Shown one piece after another: positions 29,159-38,304 of a DNA stretch of 57,412 bases. This DNA comes from Rhodospirillaceae bacterium. Its GTDB lineage: Bacteria > Pseudomonadota > Alphaproteobacteria > Rhodospirillales > Rhodospirillaceae. Under the pieces are notes generated by a model, which worked only from the letters and a program-made list of their open reading frames with translations, was not told the origin of the DNA and searched no databases. The stretch lies in the NCBI GenBank assembly GCA_009773045.1, contig WOUV01000001.1, forward strand, positions 1-57,412, in the 5' to 3' direction. How positions within the stretch are numbered: position 1 is the stretch's first letter; each line of letters opens with the position of its first letter. Both the position numbers and the translations under genes were made by a program.

Positions 29159-30361
29159 TCATGGCAGGATCAGGTGCGGCACGAAACGGCTGGTGTTGAC
29201 GGTGATGGGGCCGTTGTCTTCGCGCATGCCGATTCCGTGCGGGCGCCCGGCGACAACCCAAGAGCCGACCACGGCGTGATGGCACCGCCCCGCGTCATCG
29301 GGGAACACCGGCAACGGGTGATACTCCTGGATCACCCACCCCTCGGCGCCATAGGGGCCGTCCGTGGCACGCTCCCCTTCCGGTAGGGCGGGATCGACAA
29401 GGCGGACATTGGCCCCCTCGCGGGAAAGAAGGGGCTTGATCACGTGGCGCGCCGCCGGTCGTGCCACCGGATCATCGGCAAACCAGGCCGGCAGCAGGTT
29501 GGGATGACCGGGAAACATCCGCCACAGCCAGGGCAGAAGGCCTTTTGTGGACAAAACCATCTTCCAGCACGGCTCGATGATTCGTGGTGCCCGCGGCCCT
29601 TTCAGGAAAGGCGCGAAAGGTTCATCGATCAGCCACTCCCACGGATAAAGTTTGAACAGAGCGGCAATGACATGATCGTCACGGTCGGTCAAGGCGCCGT
29701 TCGCATCAATACCAATTGCCTCGATATCCAGCACCGTCGTCGCCAGGCCGGCCTGATGGGCGCAGTCGCGCAAATACAGGATCGTCCCACGGTCTTCGGC
29801 GTTGGCGGCAACCGAGGCCAGGTGCACGGTGCGTGACCCCGACAACGCCAGCCAGTCCGGCGCCAGGGCGGCGAACGCATCGATCAGGGCTTCCTGCACG
29901 CTGTTGAACTGATCACAGCCCCGGGGGATCAGGCCACGCTGTCCGGCTTCCTCCAGCCACAGCCACTGAAAGAAGGCCGACTCGAACAGGGCGGTCGGGG
30001 TATCGGCGTTCATCTCCAGAAGCCGGGCCGGGCCGTGGCCGTCATAGGCAAGATCGAAACGGGCATAAAGGTCTTTGTCGCCACGATGCCAGCTCTCGCG
30101 GATGGGGTCCCACCAGGAGGGCGGGATTCGCAACGAGGACAGCACTTCATCGTCACGGCTGGCCCGTTCCACCACGTGATAACACAGGGCGATCAGTTCG
30201 GCCGTGGGATCTTCGATATCGTTTTCGATCTGCTCCAGGGTGAAGGCATAGGCCGCCTCCTCCCACCAGTAGGGCGCATCGTAAAGGGTATGGAACGTGA
30301 AGCCGACACGTTCGGCGGTCTGCGGCCAATCATGACGGGGCGACAGCGCGAGACGATGCAT
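29159..30361 (-). CDS. glutathionylspermidine synthase-like ATP-grasp protein (YgiC/YjfC family)
   Basis: From ATG 30361 it is collinear with E. coli YgiC/YjfC (HTLYDAPYWWEEAAY, LLEMNADTPTALFESAFFQW, LFKLYPWEWL, HPNLLPAWF, KPLLSREGANV). Confidence 0.8.
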   Translation of the reverse strand: MHRLALSPRHDWPQTAERVGFTFHTLYDAPYWWEEAAYAFTLEQIENDIEDPTAELIALCYHVVERASRDDEVLSSLRIPPSWWDPIRESWHRGDKDLYARFDLAYDGHGPARLLEMNADTPTALFESAFFQWLWLEEAGQRGLIPRGCDQFNSVQEALIDAFAALAPDWLALSGSRTVHLASVAANAEDRGTILYLRDCAHQAGLATTVLDIEAIGIDANGALTDRDDHVIAALFKLYPWEWLIDEPFAPFLKGPRAPRIIEPCWKMVLSTKGLLPWLWRMFPGHPNLLPAWFADDPVARPAARHVIKPLLSREGANVRLVDPALPEGERATDGPYGAEGWVIQEYHPLPVFPDDAGRCHHAVVGSWVVAGRPHGIGMREDNGPITVNTSRFVPHLILP

Positions 30362-30584
30362 GACACTTTTCCCGTTGCGAGAAGATATGGGGAGGGGTCT
30401 CTCCACGGCCGTTGAAACACACCCTTGCGCCAGAATAACGCCCTTTCTCTTGAGGGGGGAGGGTTCTTTCGACGGCGCCCTTGCCCCCACTCCATCGATT
30501 CCGAATACCAGAACAATCCATATGGTTGTTCGGTGCGGGGCACGGCGTTACAGTTCCGGCGGAACAGCGGCGGAGAGAAGGACC

Positions 30585-31016
30585 ATGATCGACGAACTGA
30601 ACGGCCTGTATTTCGAGGATCTGACCATCGGCCATCACGGGGTGTTCGCCCGTACCGTCACGGAGGCCGACATCGTTCTGTTCGCCGGCGTCTCGGGCGA
30701 CAACAGCCCGGTGCACCTGAACGAGGAATACGCCAAAAAAACCCGTTTCAAGACCAGAATCGCCCACGGCGCCCTGTGCGGGGCCTACATCTCGGCCTGC
30801 ATGGCGACGCGCATGCCGGGGCCGGGATGCATTTATGTCAGCCAGAGCCTGAAATTCCTCGCGCCTGTCCATATCGGCGACACGGTGGTCGTCAGGGTGG
30901 AGGTGACCGCTCTCGACGAGAAAAAGAAATTCGCAACCGTGGCAACGCGCTGTTTCGTTGATGAACGTCTGCTGGTGGACGGCGAGGCCGTCATTCTGAT
31001 GCCAACACGCGCTTGA
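30585..31016 (+). CDS. MaoC-like (R)-specific enoyl-CoA hydratase
   Basis: Hot-dog fold motif FAGVSGDNSPVHLNEEYAKKTRFKTRIAHGAL. ATG at 30585 preceded by GGAGAGAAGG. Confidence 0.8.
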   Translation: MIDELNGLYFEDLTIGHHGVFARTVTEADIVLFAGVSGDNSPVHLNEEYAKKTRFKTRIAHGALCGAYISACMATRMPGPGCIYVSQSLKFLAPVHIGDTVVVRVEVTALDEKKKFATVATRCFVDERLLVDGEAVILMPTRA

Positions 31017-31029
31017 AGGTGGAATCCCC

Positions 31030-32031
31030 GTGACCTTGCGTTTGTTCCGCCATTATACCGAGCTGCCCGCCGATGTGCAGGGCGGCGTGGTCGCACTGGG
31101 TAATTTCGACGGTGTGCATCTAGGGCATCAGGCGGTCATCGGCACGGCGCGCACCATCGCCCAGGCCGCGGCCCTGCCGGTTGGCGTGATGACGTTTGAA
31201 CCCCATCCCCGCACCGTGTTCGCCAAAAGCGAAGAAGCATTTCGTCTGACGCCCTTTCGCATCAAGGCTCGCATCCTCGAAACATTGGGGATGGATTTCC
31301 TGATTGCCCAGCATTTCGATCTGGCCTTCGCCCGACATACCGCGACGGAATTCGTCGATCACGTTCTGGTGGAAGGAATGGGCGTGCGTCACGTGGTCGT
31401 GGGATACGATTACCTGTTCGGCCAGAACCGCGGCGGAGATGTGAGCACTTTGGAGACCATGGGGCGGAGCTGCGGCTTTGCCGTGACCGTGGTGCCGCCA
31501 GTGTGCAACGCCGATGGCAGGATCCATTCCTCGACCGGCGTGCGCACATGCCTGATGGAAGGGCGCCCCCGTGAAGCCGCCCTGCTGCTGGGGCGCTGTT
31601 TCGAGGTGGAAGGGCGTGTCGAGCACGGCACGGAACGGGGGCGGCGGTTGGGGTATCCCACGGCCAACCTGCATCTTGGTGAATACCAGCCGCCCCACAC
31701 CGGAGTGTATGCCGTGCGCGCCGGGGTGGACCGGGGCGGAGACACGCTGTGGCACGATGGCGTCGCCAATTACGGACGTCGCCCCAGTTTCGACAATGGT
31801 CCGCCGCTTCTGGAGGTTCATCTGTTCGATTTCGCCGATGATTTGTATCATCGCCATTTGCGGGTCGCCTTGGTCGAGTTCCTGCGTCCCGAGCGCCGTT
31901 TCAACAGCTTCGAAGCGCTGCAAACGCAGATCGCCGCTGATTCCGCGCACGCTCGGGCTGTCTTGCGTCCCTTCGCCGCCTCCGCCGACCGCCCCGCCCC
32001 CATGGTGCCAAACCCGACGGCCCCTTCATGA
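31030..32031 (+). CDS. ribF: bifunctional riboflavin kinase / FMN adenylyltransferase
   Basis: GNFDGVHLGHQAVI in the FAD synthetase domain. GYPTANL and LEVHLFDFADDLY in the kinase domain. GTG start. Confidence 0.9.
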   Translation: MTLRLFRHYTELPADVQGGVVALGNFDGVHLGHQAVIGTARTIAQAAALPVGVMTFEPHPRTVFAKSEEAFRLTPFRIKARILETLGMDFLIAQHFDLAFARHTATEFVDHVLVEGMGVRHVVVGYDYLFGQNRGGDVSTLETMGRSCGFAVTVVPPVCNADGRIHSSTGVRTCLMEGRPREAALLLGRCFEVEGRVEHGTERGRRLGYPTANLHLGEYQPPHTGVYAVRAGVDRGGDTLWHDGVANYGRRPSFDNGPPLLEVHLFDFADDLYHRHLRVALVEFLRPERRFNSFEALQTQIAADSAHARAVLRPFAASADRPAPMVPNPTAPS

Positions 32032-32050
32032 AGGAGGGGGCTTGGTTTTT

Positions 32051-34114
32051 TCACCCCCCGGCATGGTAACGATGACACAAAGTGCACCCTTGTGTTGCGT
32101 TTCCCTCGACATGACACGTTATGCAAACCTGCCGCGGTGTCGGGCGAAAAGCCGTTGCCGTGGGGGAACGCCAGGGATGACAGGCAAGACAACGCCCCTC
32201 GTCCGACAGAAGCGCCGGCGGAAGGGAATGGGGGGCGTGGTCAAAGGTTATAAAGGACTCCTCCCTGTGACGGCGAAAGGCCGGCGCCCATGGCTCGTCA
32301 CCCTGCCGGAACGTCTGGAGGGAATGGCATGTCAGACAGCGTTTGCCGGGGTCTCCAGATGCGATATCGTTCCCATCATCGTTGTCATCGTTCCCGATTG
32401 CCGGCGCTACCGTCACGATCATCTCAAGCCAGGCGCGCAAGAACGGATCGGCATGGGCCATGGGCCGGTAATACAACGTGAATCCCTTGCGATACCAGCC
32501 TCCGTACCGTTCTCCTGGATCGGCGGCGGGCAGGCTTCCCGGATTGGCGGCGGCGCGCGTAGTCCAGGGCGATGTTTCATCCTCTGACAGAAGACCATCC
32601 TCCTCGGGCAGAATTTCATCATCATCCTTGGAAAGCACAGTGCGGTCCACGGGAACGAGGGTCTCCTCCTGACGGGGCGGGGGAGAGGCGGGTGGGATCA
32701 CGACGCGCTCCCCGGCGCGAAACCGGGTGATTTCCTCCGGCAGGGCCGCAAGCCATTCCCGTTGCAAGGCCATCAGGACATCGCGCGGCAGGCCGGCCAT
32801 CAGGCGGACCAGAACGTTTCTCTCCGGCGCGTGCCCCAGGTGCGCCTGAAGCCGCGCTGCCAGCGCCGCATCGCCGGAGTCGATGAGATCCTGAACAAGG
32901 TTCTTGATCGCCCAGGCCAGCCGTTCCACCGCGGCGATTGTTTCCGGTGGGACCTTCGTCAGATCGCGCAGAACGATCCCGTCGAGGTGCGCAAGGTCGA
33001 CGGCGGCCTCCGGCAGCAGAAGCCAGGGCATGAAGGGTGTCAGTCGCGCCGTTGAAGACTCGGGCCATGTGCCGATGGCCGCTGCCCGCTGGCGCAAGGT
33101 TTCCAGATCCAGGCCGGGCAGGGAAAGAAAAGGGACCCCCCCCACTGCCGCCACCGTGCCGTCGATCTTGGATTGATGACAGTCGGCGCAAACGACATCG
33201 AACCGTTGCAGCCGCATGCCGGGGGATCCCTCTGCCACAAGGTGACAGGTGGTGCAGGTTATTTTCCTGTCCGTCACCTGAGCAGGGAACACGGTGTTGA
33301 TATGCTTGCCATGATTGAACGTGATTCGGGAAGGACCGACGGGATAGGAACCTGTCCGGGCATGTTCGTCGGCCGCCTGCGCGAACCAGCGCCCATGACA
33401 GCCCTGGCAGCGTATGCCGTCCCGGCCGCGCAGATCCGCCGCACGGCCGCGGTGTTCCCCATGGCAGAAGAAGCAGGCCACGGTATCGATCGACGTTTCC
33501 GCTGGGATCGTGTTCTCTGTCAAAGGGGTCTGCCGCAAGGCGGCCAGTCGCGCCCGTGGCAGGGTGTGGGGGGTCATCGGGTGGAGGCCACGCGCGTGGC
33601 ACCGCAGGCACCGCTCCGCCGCAACCGTTGGAGTGGGCCGGTGCGTGAGGGCTTGCGCCCACGCCGCCGGGTGCGTGGGCAGGGCGGCATGACAGATCGT
33701 GCAGTCCTCGATCATCCGGTGTTGCGGCGCCATATCGCCGGCCGCAAAATGCGCAAGGTCATGGCGGCTGCTGAAAAAGACGCCCATCAATCCAATGGTC
33801 AGAAGGGCCCCCCATACACTCAATACCCGTCGTCGGCCACGCCAGGTCCGGACGGGCACGCAAAAAGACCCTCCCTGCCCGCAGCGCCCATCGGGCAACG
33901 GCCCAGGCGCGCACGAACCGCCGGCGGTGCTGGGCCGGGTGCATTCCCAACGCTCGCCCCGGCGCGCCGGGGCGCACTGAAATGCACCCTGACACCGGCC
34001 TTTGCTGTCGGGTCCAAGGCGGCAGGGGGCCGTCTCATCGGTTTGACCGCAGTGCCACTTTTGGGTGGGACGTTCATAGGGGCTGTCACGATAGCCAAAC
34101 TTTTGCAGGCGCAT
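32051..34114 (-). CDS. signal-anchored decahaem cytochrome c with Cys-rich cytoplasmic N-terminal domain
   Basis: Ten CxxCH: CTICH, CLRCH, CFFCH, CQGCH, CTTCH, CADCH, then CLTCH, CLACH, CITCH, CTLCH. One TM helix (VLSVWGALLTIGLMGVFFS) is preceded by RGRRR. Eight Cys lie in the first 85 aa. The ATG is 3 nt after the upstream stop. Confidence 0.8.
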   Translation of the reverse strand: MRLQKFGYRDSPYERPTQKWHCGQTDETAPCRLGPDSKGRCQGAFQCAPARRGERWECTRPSTAGGSCAPGPLPDGRCGQGGSFCVPVRTWRGRRRVLSVWGALLTIGLMGVFFSSRHDLAHFAAGDMAPQHRMIEDCTICHAALPTHPAAWAQALTHRPTPTVAAERCLRCHARGLHPMTPHTLPRARLAALRQTPLTENTIPAETSIDTVACFFCHGEHRGRAADLRGRDGIRCQGCHGRWFAQAADEHARTGSYPVGPSRITFNHGKHINTVFPAQVTDRKITCTTCHLVAEGSPGMRLQRFDVVCADCHQSKIDGTVAAVGGVPFLSLPGLDLETLRQRAAAIGTWPESSTARLTPFMPWLLLPEAAVDLAHLDGIVLRDLTKVPPETIAAVERLAWAIKNLVQDLIDSGDAALAARLQAHLGHAPERNVLVRLMAGLPRDVLMALQREWLAALPEEITRFRAGERVVIPPASPPPRQEETLVPVDRTVLSKDDDEILPEEDGLLSEDETSPWTTRAAANPGSLPAADPGERYGGWYRKGFTLYYRPMAHADPFLRAWLEMIVTVAPAIGNDDNDDGNDIASGDPGKRCLTCHSLQTFRQGDEPWAPAFRRHREESFITFDHAPHSLPPALLSDEGRCLACHPWRSPTATAFRPTPRQVCITCHVEGNATQGCTLCHRYHAGG

Positions 34115-34117
34115 GGC

Positions 34118-35020
34118 TCAAGGGCTTCCCGCCGTGAAGGCATGCACCAGGATCCCATGGGCCGCCGATACGATCAAAAGCGCCGCCGTCAGGGGAACAT
34201 GAATGAAGAGCCACCCTTTGAGCATCATGTGATGCGCATGCAGGTAATCCAGATGATCCTTGAAACGGATCAGCTTTTCGATTTTCCCAAGCGATTCGCG
34301 CCCTGCTTCGTCCAGATACCGTTCCAGCGGACGCATTTCAAGGCTGATCCGGTGCACGGGATGGTGGGATTGGAAAAGATGGAACAGCATATGACGCGGC
34401 CCCCTGAAAAACGGCGCGAGGCGATGGACGTAAAAGTCCAGAATGACCATCGATCCCGTATCGCGGGTAAACGCCATGACCTCCTGTTCGACCAGACGCC
34501 CAAGTTTTGCCCGAAAGAACGGAATGCGTTCCATGAAAATCATTTCGTTGTTGCGACGACGATCCCCCCCCGCCTCGATATCGGCACGAGAGATCTGCCA
34601 CAGACGGATATGCGGACGCTCATGCAATCGCGCCGGTAGAAAGGTATAGAACGCCGCGCCAATCACTCCGCTCACCGCCACTGCGACGAACAAAGACCAC
34701 AGCCACCAGTCAAATCGCCCCTGCGGCAACCGTCCATCCGTATGCAGGACAAACACCCCCACCGCGCCCCAGCCGGTGGCGATGTGCACCCGTTGCTGCA
34801 CGGATGCCTTGAGAGTTGAGAGAGTGACAAGCCTTCGTTGCATGCCGAACAGCGCAAGCCAGCCCACGATCCCCACAAGCTCCCAGCCACTGAGGAACCG
34901 CACATCCCGGAAAGAGAAGGAAAAAGAGGCAGCGTACAAATGATTCGCCGCAAGAATCCCTCCCGCCAGAACGACGGTCGGAAAAACCTGCGCGGCCAGG
35001 CGTCCGAAAAACATCGTCAT
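34118..35020 (-). CDS. 5-TM membrane protein with two H-x13-H helices (putative dihaem b-type electron carrier)
   Basis: Four N-terminal hydrophobic helices, an Arg/Lys-rich loop of about 135 aa, and a fifth helix. His79/His93 (HIATGWGAVGVFVLH) and His274/His288 (HVPLTAALLIVSAAH) both have 13 intervening residues. ATGA overlap with the upstream gene. Confidence 0.6.
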   Translation of the reverse strand: MTMFFGRLAAQVFPTVVLAGGILAANHLYAASFSFSFRDVRFLSGWELVGIVGWLALFGMQRRLVTLSTLKASVQQRVHIATGWGAVGVFVLHTDGRLPQGRFDWWLWSLFVAVAVSGVIGAAFYTFLPARLHERPHIRLWQISRADIEAGGDRRRNNEMIFMERIPFFRAKLGRLVEQEVMAFTRDTGSMVILDFYVHRLAPFFRGPRHMLFHLFQSHHPVHRISLEMRPLERYLDEAGRESLGKIEKLIRFKDHLDYLHAHHMMLKGWLFIHVPLTAALLIVSAAHGILVHAFTAGSP

Positions 35021-36678
35021 GACCGTGCCAGCCAGCGGGCCAACGTGTAACGGTCACGCATATCGATGCGCACCAGGGCCTCGGTCGCGCAGGCCCGCTG
35101 GCAGGCCGGTCCGCCGCGCACGTCCGGGCAAAGATCGCATTTGGTGGCCCGCAAGGTCGGCTGCCGTCCGTTCCGCAACGGCCTGCCATCACTGTCTCGG
35201 ATCTCGACCATGCGGATGTCGTCATAGGGACAGGAATCGGCGCATGTGGCGCAGCCGATGCACAAGGTTTCGTCAATGACGACGCGGCCCGCCTGCGCCA
35301 GGCGGTGAATGGCCCCTGTCGGACAGCCGATCAGGCACACCGGGTCCACGCAATGCATGCAGGCATTGGCCACCATGATGTTGGTGCAATCCCGACCATG
35401 GCGGAGAAAGCGTGGATTGTTGTCATGGACAAGGCTGCACGCCCGCACGCACTCATCGCATTCCGTGCACCGGTCAAGATCGATGAGCATGACCGCGGTG
35501 CCATTGATGAAGCGATTGTCGATGAAGAAATCGATCAGGGCCTGTTCACGTCCCGACAGGGGCGGTCCTCCCTCCCTGAACGTGACGGGTCGCGGCGTGA
35601 AATCAGCCGACAACCGTGGCAGCACGTGCGCCTGCAAAACCTCCACCGGCACCTTCAGCACGTCGACATGCCCGATGGCGCTGACCCGGTGTCGATACAC
35701 CGGATGTTCCTGGGTCAGGATTTCCTCGAGTCCGATCATCTCGTTCCGCGCGACGAATCCTTCTGTACGATAGCTGGAGCCGTGGCGGACGCTGACGCGG
35801 GCAAAGCCCGAGCAGACCACGAGCAAATGGTCCAGGGGTTGACCTTCGTCAACCACGACCGGCTCGTATTCGATGATGGTCGAAACGCCACGGGCCATGG
35901 CCTGTTTGAACGTTCGCGTCCATTCGAACGAACCATAGGTTTCAAATTCGGTTTCGCGGGTGAGAACGTCAAGGACGTTCCGTTCAAGGGTGGCGAACAG
36001 AACGGATTCCAGCAGATGATTGGCAAGGGCGCGGGAACCATAAAGGCCGTCCAGATACTTCCGGAAATGCACGTCCCGGTAACGGATTTCCTGCAATCCC
36101 TGCCAGCGCAATTCCAGAAGCGTTGCGTCGCTCTCGGCAAACACCGTGGCCGTTCTCGCGCTCCGGGCCAGGGCGGCGATCATGCCAAAGCTTTGTCCTT
36201 CCACCAGCACCCGGGTGGGAAACGCGGTGATGACGGTTTCTGGATCTTCAAGATAAAGACGGGAGCCGATCTCTTCCGCCCTGCGCAACCGCGCAAACCC
36301 GAATCGGTTGGCCTGTTCGTCGTGGCGAATTTCCGGCATGTTGGGGGTCCGCCATGTCTGAAGGAGGGTCGTAAACCATGGCTTGTGGTCGAAAACAGGC
36401 CGGGCCGTGATCAGTTTCTCCACGCCAGGATCGACCAGCACCCGCAGCCGGCCCTTCAGGATGCCAAAGACGGTATGGCCATAGTCCCCCCTGCGCACAA
36501 CAATGTCGCCACGCCGACAGTGCCGCACGCGCGCATGACGCACAAGGATATCCCGAAGAGAGGACCCGGGAGGAAAATTCGCCTCGTTGACGGCACGAAA
36601 AAGCGGCAGGGCCAGAACCGGCTCGAGATCCTGGTTCTGCGTGTCCGGATCAAAGGGAGGAGCATATGGTGCGTTCAT
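35017..36678 (-). CDS. two cyclic-nucleotide-binding domains fused to a four-cluster [4Fe-4S] ferredoxin module
   Basis: Two cNMP-binding-like beta-barrels (GDIVVRRGDYGHTVFGILKGRL ... FGMIAALARSARTATVFA; a second at about aa 225-345). Then CTECDECVRAC, CMHCVDPVCLIGCP, CIGCATCADSCP and CDLCPDVRGGPACQRAC, a PsrB/DmsB/NrfC-like arrangement. Confidence 0.75.
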   Translation of the reverse strand: MNAPYAPPFDPDTQNQDLEPVLALPLFRAVNEANFPPGSSLRDILVRHARVRHCRRGDIVVRRGDYGHTVFGILKGRLRVLVDPGVEKLITARPVFDHKPWFTTLLQTWRTPNMPEIRHDEQANRFGFARLRRAEEIGSRLYLEDPETVITAFPTRVLVEGQSFGMIAALARSARTATVFAESDATLLELRWQGLQEIRYRDVHFRKYLDGLYGSRALANHLLESVLFATLERNVLDVLTRETEFETYGSFEWTRTFKQAMARGVSTIIEYEPVVVDEGQPLDHLLVVCSGFARVSVRHGSSYRTEGFVARNEMIGLEEILTQEHPVYRHRVSAIGHVDVLKVPVEVLQAHVLPRLSADFTPRPVTFREGGPPLSGREQALIDFFIDNRFINGTAVMLIDLDRCTECDECVRACSLVHDNNPRFLRHGRDCTNIMVANACMHCVDPVCLIGCPTGAIHRLAQAGRVVIDETLCIGCATCADSCPYDDIRMVEIRDSDGRPLRNGRQPTLRATKCDLCPDVRGGPACQRACATEALVRIDMRDRYTLARWLARS

Positions 36679-36915
36679 GGTCGATTCCCTCCTGTCTCGT
36701 CATCCCTTCGAGGGGACTTCTCAAAACCTTTTTCTCCCCCTCGATGGAGGCGGGTTGGGGGGGGGGAGTGATGGAGGTGCCCCAGGATGGGTGGCGTTCC
36801 ATCTGTTGATGCACACATCGTGGAACGTTATCACTCTTTTCCAGACTCGAACACTCCTCCCCCTCCTTCCCCATTACGGGGGAAGGTTTTCAGCAAGGAC
36901 TCGGAAAAGGGCCGT

Positions 36916-38178
36916 TCAGGCATCCAAAACAAGTTCAGAGCTGTTCGGAACGGCGATGCAGACCAGGCAGCGCTTTTGTTCATGGTCAAACGTCGCCGGT
37001 GGTTCATCCACATGGCAGATGCTGCCCCGCAGCACCGATGTGGTACAGGCGCCGCATTTTCCGGTCCGACAGCCGGTGGCAAGAATGATTCCATTGGCCT
37101 CCGCAAGATCAAGCAGTGAATGCTGCTCCCCTGTCCATTGCAGCGTCTTGCCGGAGCGATTGAAAACGATGCGCGCGCCTTCTTGTCCGCCCGGGCGACG
37201 TCCTCCGTCCCCCGCCCGGATGCTGTCCGGGGTGAAAGCCTCGATGCGAATATCCTTGTCGGGGACGCCCCAGGCACGCAACCCGCTCGTGATTGCCTCC
37301 ATCATGGGAGGGGGGCCACAAACATAGAACAGATAATTACTGGCAGGAAGCGTTTGCCGGAGCATGTCGATCGTGACGTGGCCCCGATAATCATATCCTG
37401 TTCCCGGCGGCCCGACAGGCGCGCTGTGGCAGACCAGCACATGAAGGGTGTCGCAGGATTTGGCCAGACGGCGCAAGTGCTCGTGCATGATCTCCTGGGC
37501 CTCGTTGCGAACGCCATAGAAAAGCCAAGCCTCCCGCCTTTTGGGTGCGTGGGCCAGCGCCGTCAGCATGCTGATGAAGGGGGTGATGCCGATTCCCCCG
37601 CCCACCATCACCACCGGGCGATCGTCGTTGACATCCAGGAAAAAACGTCCCTCCGGCATGCGGATATCGACGGTGGCCCCTTCTTCCAAAGAATCATACA
37701 GGAAGTTCGATGCGGATGGAATCCCTTGCCCCAGGGCGAAAGGTCTGACCCGCTTGACGGTGATGCGATAATGGGTCTGGATCGCGCTTGGCGCTTCCGA
37801 AAGCGTGTAACACCGGATGACAGGCGCCGTCTGGTTCGGGATGTCAAGGGAAACCGCAATGTGCTGGCCGGGCAGAAAGGACGGAATGGGCTTACCGTCG
37901 TGCGCCGTTAGATAGAAGGAGCAGATGTCTTCGGTTTCCCTGACTTTGCGGTCGATGCGAAATTTCCGCCATCCTTCCCACGACAGGGCGGCATGCCGTT
38001 GCTCCTCCAGCCTGCGCTCTGCATCGATTCTGACACGCTGCGCGAAAACAGTCAGCATGTGCCGCGCATGACGTGTTTCTGCCAACCGTCGCCACACAAG
38101 GCCATACAAGGCCACCACCACCTGGACCAGGGACAGGCCGATGATGCCATAAGCGCCCCATTCAATGACATGTGTCAT
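36916..38178 (-). CDS. membrane-anchored FNR-type flavin reductase with C-terminal plant-type 2Fe-2S ferredoxin domain
   Basis: From ATG 38178 (preceded by GGAGGAG): TM helix GAYGIIGLSLVQVVVALYGLVW, FAD motif RCYTLS, NAD(P)H motif VGGGIGITP, YVCGPPPM, and 2Fe-2S ligands CRTGKCGAC plus CLVC. Confidence 0.75.
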   Translation of the reverse strand: MTHVIEWGAYGIIGLSLVQVVVALYGLVWRRLAETRHARHMLTVFAQRVRIDAERRLEEQRHAALSWEGWRKFRIDRKVRETEDICSFYLTAHDGKPIPSFLPGQHIAVSLDIPNQTAPVIRCYTLSEAPSAIQTHYRITVKRVRPFALGQGIPSASNFLYDSLEEGATVDIRMPEGRFFLDVNDDRPVVMVGGGIGITPFISMLTALAHAPKRREAWLFYGVRNEAQEIMHEHLRRLAKSCDTLHVLVCHSAPVGPPGTGYDYRGHVTIDMLRQTLPASNYLFYVCGPPPMMEAITSGLRAWGVPDKDIRIEAFTPDSIRAGDGGRRPGGQEGARIVFNRSGKTLQWTGEQHSLLDLAEANGIILATGCRTGKCGACTTSVLRGSICHVDEPPATFDHEQKRCLVCIAVPNSSELVLDA

Positions 38179-38304
38179 GCGCTTGAAATCTCCTCCCCCT
38201 TGCGTTTCCGGGGGAACGCGAGGCCCGCTCCCGGCTTCGAGAGCGCAGGGCGGGCTTCCCGTGACATCGTGTGCGGAAGGTCCACGTTCCATGAGACCCC
38301 ATTT

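Noticed and set aside
36865-36890. The hairpin ccttcccc-attacg-ggggaagg followed by tttt, considered as a terminator between the FNR-type gene and the Fe-S gene.
   Set aside because: The T-run follows the stem only on the plus strand, whereas the flanking genes are on the minus strand. On the minus strand there is no U-tract.
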